The notes: generated from the sequence alone by a model not told the origin. Counted from the first letter of the stretch, positions 49,112 through 59,506 are shown. The stretch is DNA of 64,000 bases from Desulfobacterales bacterium CG2_30_60_27 (GCA_001873115.1 MNYK01000110.1:23118-87117); one strand, 5' to 3'. Program-made: numbers and translations.

Positions 49112-50887
49112 ATGAATATCACAGGGCCGGCTGGCCCACGCAAATGGCAGCACTTGGAATGGAACAGGGACAAGGCCGCACGGCTGGCCCGAGAGGTCGA
49201 GATTTCGCCAGCCATAGCCGCCATCCTATGGCAACGCGGTCACGCGGACGCCGATGACGTGCGGCGCTTTCTCTATCCAAGCCTGCAGGATCTGCCATCA
49301 CCGTTCTTTTTAAAGGGAATGGCAACGGCCGTGGAACTGGTCCACGAGGCCTGCGTTTTGCAGCAACCAGTGCTGGTTTACGGGGACTACGACGTGGACG
49401 GCACCTCTGGCGCCGCGGTCCTTGGTATTTTCCTCAAGCGTCTCGGCCTGAAGGTGCACTTCTGCCAGCCAAATCGTCTGAAGGACGGGTACGGGCTTAA
49501 GACGCATCTGCTCGAAGCTGCACATGCCGCGCATTTCCAGGGTCGGGCTGCGCAGGGCGGGTTGCTGGTCACCGTGGACTGCGGCATTACCGATCACCGG
49601 CCGATCGCTCGGGCCAGGGAGCTTGGTTTCAAGGTTCTGGTTACCGATCATCACCAGCCCCCACCAACGCCGGTACCCGCCCACTGTATTATCAATCCCT
49701 GGCAAAAAGGCTGCAATTTCCCCTTCAAGCACCTGGCCGGCGTGGGCGTTGCCTTCTATCTCGTGATGGGGGTGCGCAGCCATCTGGTCAAGGCGGGTTT
49801 CTGGGCCAATGGCGCAGCGCCGCCCATTCTCCGTGACTACCTTGATCTCGTGGCCCTGGGCACCGTAGCCGACATGGTTCCCCTGATCGGTATAAACCGG
49901 ATTCTGGTTAAGGCCGGTCTCCTTGAACTGGAAAAGGCCGTCAGGCCAGGGATCCGCGCCCTGCTTGAGAAGACCGGCATGCAAGGCAGGCGCCTTGGTG
50001 CCGAAGACATCGGTTTCCGTCTTGGTCCAAGGCTCAATGCGGCCGGCAGAATGGGGGACCCTGGTCGGGCTCTGGCCTTGCTGCTCACGGAAGACAACGG
50101 GGCCGGGGAGCGATGGGCGGCTGAACTTGATCTGGAAAACACGCGCCGTAAAGAGACGGAAAACGAACTCCTGCAAGCCGCCTTAACCAAAATTAAGAAC
50201 GATGGCCTTGAGGGACCGGCCGTGGTTTTGAGCGGCAACGGGTGGCATACCGGCATCCTGGGCATTGTTGCCTCAAGAATCATGCATAATGTTTTTCGGC
50301 CAGTCATTCTCCTCAGCGAGGAAAACGACCTGGCCCGAGGTTCGGCACGTTCCATTCCCGGCATTGACCTTTTCGGCGCCTTGCAGCATTGCGCTAGCCT
50401 GCTGGAATCTTATGGCGGGCATGCAAATGCTGCAGGCCTATCAATAAAAACATCAAATATTCAAGAATTTAAAAAGAAGTTTTCAGAAACAATATCAGCT
50501 ATTGCCACCCTGGATCTGTTTATTCCCAAACTTGCCATTGACTGGGTATTTGATGAAACCACGCCGCTTGATGCGAAGCTTGTGAGCGATTATTTTCTGA
50601 TGGGCCCATTTGGCCAGGGCAACGTCCGACCGGTGCTGGTTGGCCAAACCGGGCGCTGCATGCGGAATCCACGGGTGGTCGGCGAGAACCATTTGCGTTT
50701 TCAATGGCCGGGGGCAGGCCAGGGTATGGGCGGAATCGGTTTTCACTTTGGCGAGTACAAGGATCGTTTGGCCCGTGAGCATGGCTTGCTTGCCTTCTCG
50801 TTGCATCGCAAAGTGTTTCAAGGCCGGGAGAGGGTGGAGATGCAGGTTGAGGATATTTCTTTTGCCAATGAGCCGGTTTCGTCTTAG
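49112..50887 (+). CDS. recJ: Single-stranded-DNA-specific exonuclease RecJ
   Basis: DHH motifs (VYGDYDVDG, TVDCG, VTDHH), DHHA1 (GGHANAAG), about 590 aa. Confidence 0.9.
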   Translation: MNITGPAGPRKWQHLEWNRDKAARLAREVEISPAIAAILWQRGHADADDVRRFLYPSLQDLPSPFFLKGMATAVELVHEACVLQQPVLVYGDYDVDGTSGAAVLGIFLKRLGLKVHFCQPNRLKDGYGLKTHLLEAAHAAHFQGRAAQGGLLVTVDCGITDHRPIARARELGFKVLVTDHHQPPPTPVPAHCIINPWQKGCNFPFKHLAGVGVAFYLVMGVRSHLVKAGFWANGAAPPILRDYLDLVALGTVADMVPLIGINRILVKAGLLELEKAVRPGIRALLEKTGMQGRRLGAEDIGFRLGPRLNAAGRMGDPGRALALLLTEDNGAGERWAAELDLENTRRKETENELLQAALTKIKNDGLEGPAVVLSGNGWHTGILGIVASRIMHNVFRPVILLSEENDLARGSARSIPGIDLFGALQHCASLLESYGGHANAAGLSIKTSNIQEFKKKFSETISAIATLDLFIPKLAIDWVFDETTPLDAKLVSDYFLMGPFGQGNVRPVLVGQTGRCMRNPRVVGENHLRFQWPGAGQGMGGIGFHFGEYKDRLAREHGLLAFSLHRKVFQGRERVEMQVEDISFANEPVSS

Positions 50888-51058
50888 CCAGACACAACTA
50901 TACATAATATATATTATGCGACGTTTATATATGCGCTGGGAATCTTGTTGCTGCACAACTAAAAACATTTGCTCTTCAAGCACGAGCAATTTGACCAGCT
51001 TTCTGGTATTAAAAAGGCGCCCTGTTAGCCAATGATATGCAAAAGGAAGGAAAACCGT

Positions 51059-52507
51059 ATGAATCGCGATGTCTATCAAGAGCCACTGGTCAGCCGCTAT
51101 ACCAGCCCGGCAATGCAGCAACTGTTTTCGGAACAGACCCGCATTGAAACCTGGCGGCGCTGCTGGATCGCCCTGGCCGAGGCGCAGCACGAACTGGGCC
51201 TTGATGACCTGGTTACCAGCGCCATGTTGGCCGAGATGCGGCAAAACGCCAGCAATATTGATTTTGACCTGGCCGCTCGCAAGGAAAAAGAGATTCGCCA
51301 CGACGTCATGGCCCATATCTTTGCCTTTGGCCAGGTTTGCCCGACCGCGGAACCTATCATTCATCTGGGCGCCACCTCGCAGTTTGTGGTCTGCAACACC
51401 GACCTGATCCTGCAAAAAAAAGGCCTTGCCCTGGTCAAGTCCTACCTGCTGCGCACCATCCAGAATCTGGTTGCCTTCTGTTGGCGACACAAGGGGTTGG
51501 CCACCCTCGGCTACACCCATTACCAGGCTGCCCAGCCGGTCACGGTTGGTAAGCGTAACACCTTGTATGTCCAGGATCTTTTGATGGATCTGGACTACCT
51601 GGAAAGCCTTGAGAAACAGTTCAAGGCCAGGGGCGCCAAAGGTACCGTTGGAACCCAGGCGACCTTTTTGGAACTTTTCAAGGGTGATCATGACAAGGTG
51701 ATGGCCCTTGATCGCTTGGTCGCCAATAAACTGGGCTTTCAGGAGGCCTTTCCGGTCAGCGGTCAGACCTATACCCGCAAATTGGACATCAAGATTGCCG
51801 AAACCCTGGCCGGCATCGGCGCCTCGGCCCATAAGTTCGCGGTGGACCTGCGACTGCTCTCCAATCTAAAGGTCCAGGAGGAGCCCTTTGCCGCTCAGCA
51901 GGTCGGCAGTTCCGCCATGGCTTACAAGCGCAACCCCATGCGTTCAGAGCGCCTGACTGGTTTATCCAGGAAGCTTATGGGTCTGCCCGCGGATTTCTAT
52001 GGCACTTACGCCAACCAGTGGTTTGAGCGCACCCTGGACGACTCGGCCATTCGCCGCATGGACATTCCCCAGGCCTTTTTGCTGGCCGACGCCGTCTTAA
52101 GATTATTTGTTAACATTACAAGCGGAATGGTTGTATATCCGCAACAAATCAAGAGGCATCTTGACATGGAGCTGCCCTTTATGGCCACGGAAAAGATTCT
52201 TATGGCCTGTGTTGAAAAAGGCCGGAGCCGCCAGGCCATACATGAGGTCATCAAGCGCCACTCCGTGGCCGCCGGCAAGGTGGTCAAGGAGGAAGGCAAG
52301 GCCAACGATCTTCTTGAGCGTCTGGCCGATGATATGGAAATTCCCTTTACCCATGAGGAGTTGGTCGAACTGGTGGGCAATGGCGAGGATTTCGCCGGCC
52401 GGGCCGAGTCGCAGACCGAGTGGTTCCTGCGCGAGATTGTCGAACCCCGGCTGGCGCACTACCCTGAACTACTAGAAAATACCCTGGAGGTATCCCTTGC
52501 TGTCTGA
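51059..52507 (+). CDS. purB: Adenylosuccinate lyase
   Basis: ORF 51032..52507, start taken at MNRDVYQEPLVSRYTS (AAGGAAGGAAA RBS). Signature SSAMAYKRNPMRSE. Confidence 0.9.
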   Translation: MNRDVYQEPLVSRYTSPAMQQLFSEQTRIETWRRCWIALAEAQHELGLDDLVTSAMLAEMRQNASNIDFDLAARKEKEIRHDVMAHIFAFGQVCPTAEPIIHLGATSQFVVCNTDLILQKKGLALVKSYLLRTIQNLVAFCWRHKGLATLGYTHYQAAQPVTVGKRNTLYVQDLLMDLDYLESLEKQFKARGAKGTVGTQATFLELFKGDHDKVMALDRLVANKLGFQEAFPVSGQTYTRKLDIKIAETLAGIGASAHKFAVDLRLLSNLKVQEEPFAAQQVGSSAMAYKRNPMRSERLTGLSRKLMGLPADFYGTYANQWFERTLDDSAIRRMDIPQAFLLADAVLRLFVNITSGMVVYPQQIKRHLDMELPFMATEKILMACVEKGRSRQAIHEVIKRHSVAAGKVVKEEGKANDLLERLADDMEIPFTHEELVELVGNGEDFAGRAESQTEWFLREIVEPRLAHYPELLENTLEVSLAV

Positions 52508-52781
52508 GTCAGGCACAGCGGTTGGCCTGGCGTCCCTGCCCTGCCGGATGGCGCGGGTGTGGTTGCGGATCCGTCCGAATCGCATACATTTTCTAAAATT
52601 TATCCTGGAGGGCTACGATGGCCTTGGCCTGCTCTCCACCGTGGACGCCAAACAAGGCGTGATGGTCGTGTACTGCCCTACCGCGGCCTTGAGTGAACTG
52701 TTCGCGCTGCTGACGGACTTGGCGCCGGGCTTGACGTTCACCAGCAGCCCGGAAAAGCTTGCGGAACCGCCGCCCGGGTGA
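52497..52781 (+). CDS. DUF4911 domain-containing protein
   Basis: IHFLKFILEGYDGLGLLSTVD motif and the conserved position after purB. The start may be MARVWLRI (52548). The last ~7 codons and the stop lie in a MITE fragment. Confidence 0.65.
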   Translation: MLSESGTAVGLASLPCRMARVWLRIRPNRIHFLKFILEGYDGLGLLSTVDAKQGVMVVYCPTAALSELFALLTDLAPGLTFTSSPEKLAEPPPG

Positions 52782-52830
52782 GTTCCCGGATTGGCAATGC
52801 CTTGCGCAGCTTCGTCCGCGACCGGGCGCA
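52761..52830. repeat. Family-A MITE internal fragment (no TIRs)
   Basis: GCGGAACCGCCGCCCGGGTGAGTTCCCGGATTGGCAATGCCTTGCGCAGCTTCGTCCGCGACC aligns to the interior of the copy at 48765-48938. Confidence 0.7.
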
Positions 52831-52844
52831 TTTACCTGTTCACC

Positions 52845-53027
52845 TTAACCTTGATGGACTCGTAACAACATACAGGTAAGCGAACGGCGTGAGACTCCGA
52901 AGAGCACCCCGCAAGGGGGTATAAATAGGGTATTTTTGCGAGTGAGGCCATACATAAGGTATGCTGAACGAACAAAAATGCGCTACGACGCAGTAGATCG
53001 GCATTGTTACGACGCCATCAACCTTTA
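52845..53027. repeat. Family-D TIR element (24-bp imperfect TIR TTAACCTTGATGGACTCGTAACAA / TTGTTACGACGCCATCAACCTTTA)
   Basis: 20/24 complementary termini. AT-richer interior with a CCCC-GCAA-GGGG hairpin. Single copy in this window. No TSD seen. Confidence 0.5.
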
Positions 53028-53056
53028 CAGGCTATCCACCTGCACACTTACGACCA

Positions 53057-54409
53057 ATGAATCAAGCTAAACGGTATTACATAGCAACCTTCGGCTGTCA
53101 GATGAACGAGCGGGATTCCGAGATCATGGGGCAGTTGCTGCAGGAGTCGTCCTACTCGGCCACCGAGGTTATGGAACAGGCTGACCTCATCGTGGTCAAC
53201 ACCTGCTCGGTGCGAGAAAAGGCCGAACAGAAGGCCTACAGCCTCCTGGGACGACTGAAAAAGCTGAAGGAGAAAAATTCGGCCCTGGTCATCGCCGTGG
53301 CCGGCTGCGTGGCCCAGCAGGACGGGCAGCGCCTGCTGAACCGCATCCCCCATGCCGACCTGGTCATCGGGCCGCAGAAAATCTACGACCTGCCCACCCT
53401 CCTTTTGGGCCAGAAAGGATGTAAGACGCCAGAGGTGCGGACCGGCCTATCCCCTGCCTTTGCCATCCCGGCCTTTTTGCCGGATGTGACGAGCGGCTCA
53501 CAGTTCAAGCGCTTCGTGACGATCATGCAAGGGTGCGACAATTTCTGCACCTATTGCGTGGTGCCCTATACCAGGGGCAGGGAGATAAGTCGCACGCCGG
53601 GCGATATCGTTGCCGAGGTCGCCCACCTTGCCGCAGCCGGCATTACCGAGGTCACCCTGCTGGGCCAGAATGTCAACTCCTACGGGCTGGACAAGGCGAC
53701 CGGCGCAGAAACTTCTGATCTTACACACTTTCCTGATCTGCTGCGGGCCGTGGCTGCCGTGGCCGGCATCCAGCGGCTCCGCTTCACCACCTCCCATCCC
53801 AAGGATCTTTCCGAGGCGCTGATGCGCTGTTTTGCCGAGATCGACACCCTCTGCCCGCATTTACACCTGCCGGTACAATCCGGCTCCAACCGACTCCTGA
53901 AACTGATGAACCGCAAATACACGGTTGAAGACTATCTGGACAAGATAGCCAGGCTGCGCGGCATCAGGCCTGATATCGCCATAACCACCGACCTGATCGT
54001 CGGTTTCCCGGGCGAAACCGACGAGGACTTCCAGGCTACCATGGCCTTGCTGGAAGAGGTGCGCTATCATGGCGCCTTCTCCTTCAAGTATTCGGATCGG
54101 CCACCCGCTCGAGCCATCGCCTTTGCCGACAAGGTGGCCGAGGAGATCAAGAATGACAGACTGGCGAGGCTTCAGAAACGGCAGGAGGAGATCACCCTGG
54201 AGTGGAACCGGGCTTACGTCGGTCGTACCCTTGCCGTTATGGTGGAGGGCTGTGGCCGGACCACTGGCGAGCAATGGAGTGGCAGGGCTCCCACCAACCA
54301 TATGGTCAATTTTGCCGGGCCCAGTGGCTTGCGGCCGGGTCAGATAATTATGGTGACGATTTCCGAGGGGGGCCCACACTCCCTGCGCGGCTCGGCGGTA
54401 ATGGCCTGA
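53057..54409 (+). CDS. miaB: tRNA-2-methylthio-N6-dimethylallyladenosine synthase
   Basis: N-terminal UPF0004 Cys (FGCQMN, NTCSVRE, AGC), radical-SAM CDNFCTYC, C-terminal TRAM. Confidence 0.9.
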   Translation: MNQAKRYYIATFGCQMNERDSEIMGQLLQESSYSATEVMEQADLIVVNTCSVREKAEQKAYSLLGRLKKLKEKNSALVIAVAGCVAQQDGQRLLNRIPHADLVIGPQKIYDLPTLLLGQKGCKTPEVRTGLSPAFAIPAFLPDVTSGSQFKRFVTIMQGCDNFCTYCVVPYTRGREISRTPGDIVAEVAHLAAAGITEVTLLGQNVNSYGLDKATGAETSDLTHFPDLLRAVAAVAGIQRLRFTTSHPKDLSEALMRCFAEIDTLCPHLHLPVQSGSNRLLKLMNRKYTVEDYLDKIARLRGIRPDIAITTDLIVGFPGETDEDFQATMALLEEVRYHGAFSFKYSDRPPARAIAFADKVAEEIKNDRLARLQKRQEEITLEWNRAYVGRTLAVMVEGCGRTTGEQWSGRAPTNHMVNFAGPSGLRPGQIIMVTISEGGPHSLRGSAVMA

Positions 54410-54486
54410 GGCCGGCCTTGTCTCCGCGATTTACTTCAGGGTGCGGATGTTAACTTTCAGCTTTTACTTTATTTACGAGGCCATCA

Positions 54487-55137
54487 ATGATTGATCTGCA
54501 TACCCACTGCCTGTTCAGCGATGGAGAACTGGTGCCGGCGGAACATCTGCGCCGGGTTGAGGTGCTCGGCTACGAGGCCGTGGCCATCACCGACCATGCC
54601 GACTCCTCCAATCTGGATTTTATTATCCCGCGACTGGTTACGGTGGCCAGGGATCTTAACCAGCACTCCAGCACCCGGCTTATCCCGGGCATTGAGTTGA
54701 CCCATGTCCCGCTGGCCATGCTTGCTGAGCTGACTGAAAGGGCGAGAAAACTAGGAGCATTGGTGGTGGTCGCCCACGGCGAGACGGTCACCGAACCAGT
54801 GCGACCCGGCACCAACCGGGCGGCCATTGAGGCCGGGGTGGACATCCTGTCCCATCCAGGTCTTATCAGCGAGGCGGATGCCTCCCTGGCCGCGCAAAAA
54901 GGTGTGTTTCTCGAACTGTCCGGGCGCAAGGGACATTCGCTCACCAACGGCCATGTGGCCCGCCTGGCTCTGGCCACCGGCGCCAGTCTTATGGTGAACG
55001 CCGATGCCCACGGCCCCGGAGATTTCCATACCGCCGCCTCTGCCAAAATCGTTGCCTTGGGGGCTGGGCTTTCCGGGCAGCAGTACGAAAAAATCAGGCA
55101 GGATATGCATGCCTTTGTCGCTGGTCTGCCTGTCTGA
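54487..55137 (+). CDS. PHP-domain (histidinol-phosphatase-like) metal-dependent phosphoesterase
   Basis: IDLHTHCLFSDG start motif, ITDHAD, AHGE, NADAH. Confidence 0.75.
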   Translation: MIDLHTHCLFSDGELVPAEHLRRVEVLGYEAVAITDHADSSNLDFIIPRLVTVARDLNQHSSTRLIPGIELTHVPLAMLAELTERARKLGALVVVAHGETVTEPVRPGTNRAAIEAGVDILSHPGLISEADASLAAQKGVFLELSGRKGHSLTNGHVARLALATGASLMVNADAHGPGDFHTAASAKIVALGAGLSGQQYEKIRQDMHAFVAGLPV

Positions 55138-55145
55138 AACCTGTC

Positions 55146-56057
55146 CTACGGAATAACGCTGCCTAGTACCCGGGCATTAAAGCGCATAAGCTCAAAGTAA
55201 CTGTACAGGCTTGGAGTGCCGCCAAGAGGATCGAGCTGGAAAAGCCGGACCCCGGCGGCCTCGGCCAGCACCTCGGCCGGTCTGGCCGGCAACTCGACCT
55301 CGCTGAAGACCGCCGTGGCCCCGGTGCTTTTGATGCGGTCGGTGAGATCGCGCAGGAATTTGGGGCTCGGTTCACGGCCCGGGAAAGGCTCGATAAGCCC
55401 TGCCAAACGCAGTTGGTATCGTTTGAAAAGATATTGAAAGGAAGGGTGGAACAGGAAAAAAGGCTGGGTCTGCACCGCCTGGAAGAGACGGGTCAGTTCC
55501 TGGTCAAGGGCCGTGAGTTCGTCACTGAAACGCCGGCCGTTGGCGTAATACAGCTCCATGCCCGCCGGGTCAAGCTCCGCAAGTTGCCTGACAAGTTCAG
55601 GAATCATGGCCCGCACCGCCAGCGGGTCGGTCCAGAAGTGCGAATCAATGCCCGTCTCCCCGTGGCCGGACTTCTCATGATGGTGATCAGCCTGGGCGGT
55701 GAGCCGGAATTCTTCAGGCAGGAGCAGGACCATGGCAATCCGCCGGCGGGCCGGCAGACGGCCGGCCCACTCCTGGTCAAGATTCGGCCCGGCCAGAAAA
55801 AAGGCCAGGGCCTTCTCCATGATCATGGCCTGGGAGGGCTTGGGCTGGAAGGTGTGGGGCGAGGCCCCTGGCGGCAAAAGGATCGTCACCCGGGCGCGGT
55901 CACCGGTCACTTCCCGCAGAATGGCGGCCAGCGGCGGGATGCTGGCGACGAATTGCACCTCCTGGCCTGGAGCGCTGCCAGCCAGGGCCTGGCTGGAGCT
56001 GGCCAGCAGGAAGAGCAAATGAAGAAAAATATTTTTTCTGAGATTATTCCAAGGCAT
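55146..56057 (-). CDS. Metal (Zn/Mn) ABC-transporter substrate-binding protein, ZnuA/TroA family (orphan)
   Basis: ORF 55146..56090, start taken at MPWNNLRKNIF. SPHTFQPKPS motif and a His-rich loop DHHHEKSGHGETGIDSHFW. No cognate permease or ATPase is adjacent. Confidence 0.8.
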   Translation of the reverse strand: MPWNNLRKNIFLHLLFLLASSSQALAGSAPGQEVQFVASIPPLAAILREVTGDRARVTILLPPGASPHTFQPKPSQAMIMEKALAFFLAGPNLDQEWAGRLPARRRIAMVLLLPEEFRLTAQADHHHEKSGHGETGIDSHFWTDPLAVRAMIPELVRQLAELDPAGMELYYANGRRFSDELTALDQELTRLFQAVQTQPFFLFHPSFQYLFKRYQLRLAGLIEPFPGREPSPKFLRDLTDRIKSTGATAVFSEVELPARPAEVLAEAAGVRLFQLDPLGGTPSLYSYFELMRFNARVLGSVIP

Positions 56058-56086
56058 CGGTATTCTCCAGTCACAACTGCCAACCA

Positions 56087-56641
56087 TCAAAGGGTCAAGC
56101 GGTCTTGCAAGTTTTGCAGGGTTTTAACCCCGAGGCCTCGGACCTGTCGCAGTTGCGCCAGGCTATGGAAACCACCCAGTTCCTCACGTTTGGCAATAAT
56201 GCGGGCAGACAGCGCGGGCCCGATCCCCGGCAGCGCGGCAAGCACCTCGGCATCGGCCCGATTCAGTGGAACAGGTTGGAAAAAAAGCAGCGCGACCCGG
56301 GGATGAATGGTGGCGGCGATAGTCTGGCGTTCTTCAGTAAAATTAATGGTGGCCAGGCGAGGTATGTGGGCGTCTGGAATTCCGGCGGCCGTGGTCAGCC
56401 AATCCACCCGGCAGAGGCCTTCCCCCGCCGGCAGGCCGGTTGTCCAGACCATCAGGTCGTCGTCGGTTCCATGGCTGGCCGGGGCCGCCACGAGAGACCC
56501 CTCGCCAAGATGACCAAGGCCATGGATGGCGCAGATCAGGAGGCCGAAGCCGAAGAGTACCAAAGGCCGCCAATAGTCCGCCTCATGGTCACGCCGGCAG
56601 CCACTCCCCTGCCCTGCCCTACTTTTTCGTTTTAAGTTCAT
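56087..56641 (-). CDS. comEA: ComEA-like helix-hairpin-helix DNA-binding protein
   Basis: N-terminal TM segment. C-terminal LNRADAEVLAALPGIGPALSARIIAKREELGGFHSLAQLRQVRGLG (HhH x2). Confidence 0.7.
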   Translation of the reverse strand: MNLKRKSRAGQGSGCRRDHEADYWRPLVLFGFGLLICAIHGLGHLGEGSLVAAPASHGTDDDLMVWTTGLPAGEGLCRVDWLTTAAGIPDAHIPRLATINFTEERQTIAATIHPRVALLFFQPVPLNRADAEVLAALPGIGPALSARIIAKREELGGFHSLAQLRQVRGLGVKTLQNLQDRLTL

Positions 56642-58217
56642 CCTTCATGAGTTTGTAGGTAATGCCATCGACCAAGGCCTGCCAACTGGCCTCCAGAATG
56701 TCGTAGGATACCCCCACCGTCCCCCAGCGGCACTCCTGGTCGCAGGACTCGATGAGGACGCGCACCTGGGCGCCGGTACCGTGGGCACTGCCCAGCACCC
56801 GAACCTTGTAATCGTCGAGCCGCATCTCGTCGAGCTGCGGATAGAAAGGGCGCAGCGCCTTGCGCAGGGCGTTGTCCAAGGCATTGACCGGGCCGTGGCC
56901 CATGGCGGCGGTATGGACATCCTCCCCGCCCACCTTGATACGGATAGTGGCTTCGGCCTGCATGAGGTTGTCGGCGCTGGTCTTCTGGTTGATGACTCGG
57001 AAGCCCTGCAACTCAAAATAATGGGCTTGAATGCCCAGGGCCCGCCGCATGAGAAGCTCAAACGAGGCCTCGGCCCCCTCGAACTGAAAACCTTGATTTT
57101 CCAGATTTTTTAACTGATTCAGAATTCCGGTTACCCGGGGATCCTTGCTGTCCAGGTCAAGGCCGAATTTTTTGGCCTTGTGCAGCACGTTGCTGCGGCC
57201 GGACTGGTCGGAGATGAGGATGCGGCGGCTATTGCCTACCTTTTCCGGCACAATATGTTCGTAGGTCAGGGGATTGCGCTTCACCGCGCTGACGTGCACC
57301 CCGCCCTTATGGGCAAAGGCGGCGGCGCCTACATACGGCTGGTATTTGTTATGTGGCAGGTTGGCGATTTCATTAACAAACCGGGAAACCGAGGCCAGCA
57401 TGTCGAGATGGGCGCTGGCCGCGAACTCCCGGCCCTGCTTCAGGGCCAGGGCCGGGATGATGGAAGTCAGGTTGGCGTTGCCGCAGCGTTCGCCAAAACC
57501 ATTGATGGTGCCCTGCACATGGGTGGCGCCGCAGGCCATGGCGATCAGGGAATTGGCCACGGCGGTCTCGGAATCGTTGTGGGCGTGAATGCCAAGGGGC
57601 ACGGCCTGCTTGCGAACCTTGAAGTGTTCCTGCACCCGGGCCATGATGGCCGGGATTTCAGTGGGCAGAGTGCCGCCGTTGGTGTCGCAGAGCACCAGGC
57701 ATTGGGCGCCGCCGGCCACGGCCCGCTCCAGGGTGGCCAAGGCGTAACCCGGGTTGTCCTTGAAGCCGTCGAAAAAATGCTCGGCATCATAAAACAGATA
57801 TTTGACGTGCGGCAAGAGATAGCGCAGCGATTCCTCGATGATCAGCAGATTGTCGTCCAGGCCGATGCGCAGCGCCTCGCTGACATGGATGCCCCAGGTT
57901 TTGCCGAAGATGGTGATGGCCGGCGTTTTGGCGTCGAGCAGGGCCTGCAGATTGGGATCCTGGTCGGCCGGATTCTTGAAATTGCGGGTGGAACCAAAGG
58001 CCGCCACCTGGGCGTGATGCAGGTCGTACCGGAGGATCTCCTCAAAAAAGTCGGCCGCATTGGGGTTGGCGCCCGGCCAGCCGCCCTCGATGAAATCGAT
58101 CCCCAGTTCGTCAAGTTTCAGACTGACCCGGATCTTGTCTTCAACCGACAGGTTGAAGTTCTCGGCCTGGGTTCCGTCCCGCAGGGTGGTATCGTACACC
58201 GTCACTGGCTGGTTCAT
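56619..58217 (-). CDS. cimA: (R)-citramalate synthase / LeuA-type-2 family
   Basis: ORF 56619..58274, start taken at MNQPVTVYDTTLRDGTQ. HAHNDSETAVANS metal site. C-terminal LeuA-dimer regulatory domain. Confidence 0.8.
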   Translation of the reverse strand: MNQPVTVYDTTLRDGTQAENFNLSVEDKIRVSLKLDELGIDFIEGGWPGANPNAADFFEEILRYDLHHAQVAAFGSTRNFKNPADQDPNLQALLDAKTPAITIFGKTWGIHVSEALRIGLDDNLLIIEESLRYLLPHVKYLFYDAEHFFDGFKDNPGYALATLERAVAGGAQCLVLCDTNGGTLPTEIPAIMARVQEHFKVRKQAVPLGIHAHNDSETAVANSLIAMACGATHVQGTINGFGERCGNANLTSIIPALALKQGREFAASAHLDMLASVSRFVNEIANLPHNKYQPYVGAAAFAHKGGVHVSAVKRNPLTYEHIVPEKVGNSRRILISDQSGRSNVLHKAKKFGLDLDSKDPRVTGILNQLKNLENQGFQFEGAEASFELLMRRALGIQAHYFELQGFRVINQKTSADNLMQAEATIRIKVGGEDVHTAAMGHGPVNALDNALRKALRPFYPQLDEMRLDDYKVRVLGSAHGTGAQVRVLIESCDQECRWGTVGVSYDILEASWQALVDGITYKLMKDELKTKK

Positions 58218-58270
58218 GTTAGCACCGAGAGGGGATAGCCGGGCTCCGTGCAGGGGGCACCGGCATTGGT

Positions 58271-59506
58271 TCACTCCGCCATTGCCTGATTATTGTTGCC
58301 CAAACCAAAGGCATCGTGGAGGGCCCGCACCGCAAGTTCGGTGTACTTCTCCTCCACCACGCAGGAAACCTTGATCTCGGAGGTGCTGATCATCAGAATA
58401 TTGATGCCCTCCTGGGCGAGGACGGCAAACATCTGCGCGGCGATGCCGGAATGATTGCGCATGCCCACGCCGACAATGGAAACCTTGGCAATACCCTTGG
58501 AGCCCGTCACCTTTTCCGCACCGATGGTGGCGACGATCTCCTCCACCATCCTGATCGTCCTCTCGTAATCGCCGCTGGACACGGTGAAGGTCAGATCGGT
58601 GAGGGCACCGGCCCGGGTATTCTGAATAATCATGTCAACGACAATCCCGGCCTGGGAGATAGGCATGAAGATCTTGGCCGCCATGCCGGGGGTGTCCTTG
58701 ACCGCGCTCAGGGTGATGCGGGCCTCACCTTTGCTGTATGTCACCCCGGATACCACCATCGATTCCATCAGATCATCCTCCTCAACCACCCAGGTGCCTT
58801 CGGTCTCCGTAAAGGTGGACCGGACATGCACCGGGACGCTATATCGTTTTGCCAGGCCCACTGAACGGATATCCAGCACCTTGGCGCCAAGACTGGCCAG
58901 TTCCAGCATCGCATCGTAGGAAATGCGCTCGATTTTTCGGGCGTTACCGCACACATGCGGATCCGCCGTGTAGACCCCTTCAACGTCGGTAAAAATCTCA
59001 CACTGGTCAGCTTCAAGGGCCGCGGCCAGGGCCACGGCCGTGGTATCGGACCCGCCGCGGCCCAGGGTTGTGAGGTCATCATCCTCGGTAACCCCTTGGA
59101 AGCCGGCCACCACGACGATTTTGCCCTGGTCAAGGGAGCGACGGAGCTTGTCCGTGTCAATGGACAGGATACGGGCCTTGGTATGCATGGTGTCGGTCTG
59201 GATCCTGACCTGGTCGCCCAGCAGGGATACCGCATCATAACCGGCGGCCTTGATAGCCATGGCGAAGAGGGCCACGGTCACCTGCTCGCCGGTGGCCAGC
59301 AAAACATCCATCTCCCGCGCGTCCGGCTGTTCCTGCATCTGGCGGGCAAGGTCCACGAACCGATTGGTTTCCCCGGCCATGGCGGACAACACCACCAGCA
59401 TCTGGTTCCCCTCCAGGCTCTTGCCAAGGACCCGTCGGGCCACCGCCTTGATCTTTTCAGGATTGGCCACCGAGGTGCCGCCAAATTTTTGAACGATCAA
59501 TGCCAT
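58271..59506 (-). CDS. lysC: Aspartate kinase
   Basis: ALIVQKFGGTSV start, GRGGSDTTAVALAAAL, two C-terminal ACT domains. Confidence 0.9.
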   Translation of the reverse strand: MALIVQKFGGTSVANPEKIKAVARRVLGKSLEGNQMLVVLSAMAGETNRFVDLARQMQEQPDAREMDVLLATGEQVTVALFAMAIKAAGYDAVSLLGDQVRIQTDTMHTKARILSIDTDKLRRSLDQGKIVVVAGFQGVTEDDDLTTLGRGGSDTTAVALAAALEADQCEIFTDVEGVYTADPHVCGNARKIERISYDAMLELASLGAKVLDIRSVGLAKRYSVPVHVRSTFTETEGTWVVEEDDLMESMVVSGVTYSKGEARITLSAVKDTPGMAAKIFMPISQAGIVVDMIIQNTRAGALTDLTFTVSSGDYERTIRMVEEIVATIGAEKVTGSKGIAKVSIVGVGMRNHSGIAAQMFAVLAQEGINILMISTSEIKVSCVVEEKYTELAVRALHDAFGLGNNNQAMAE

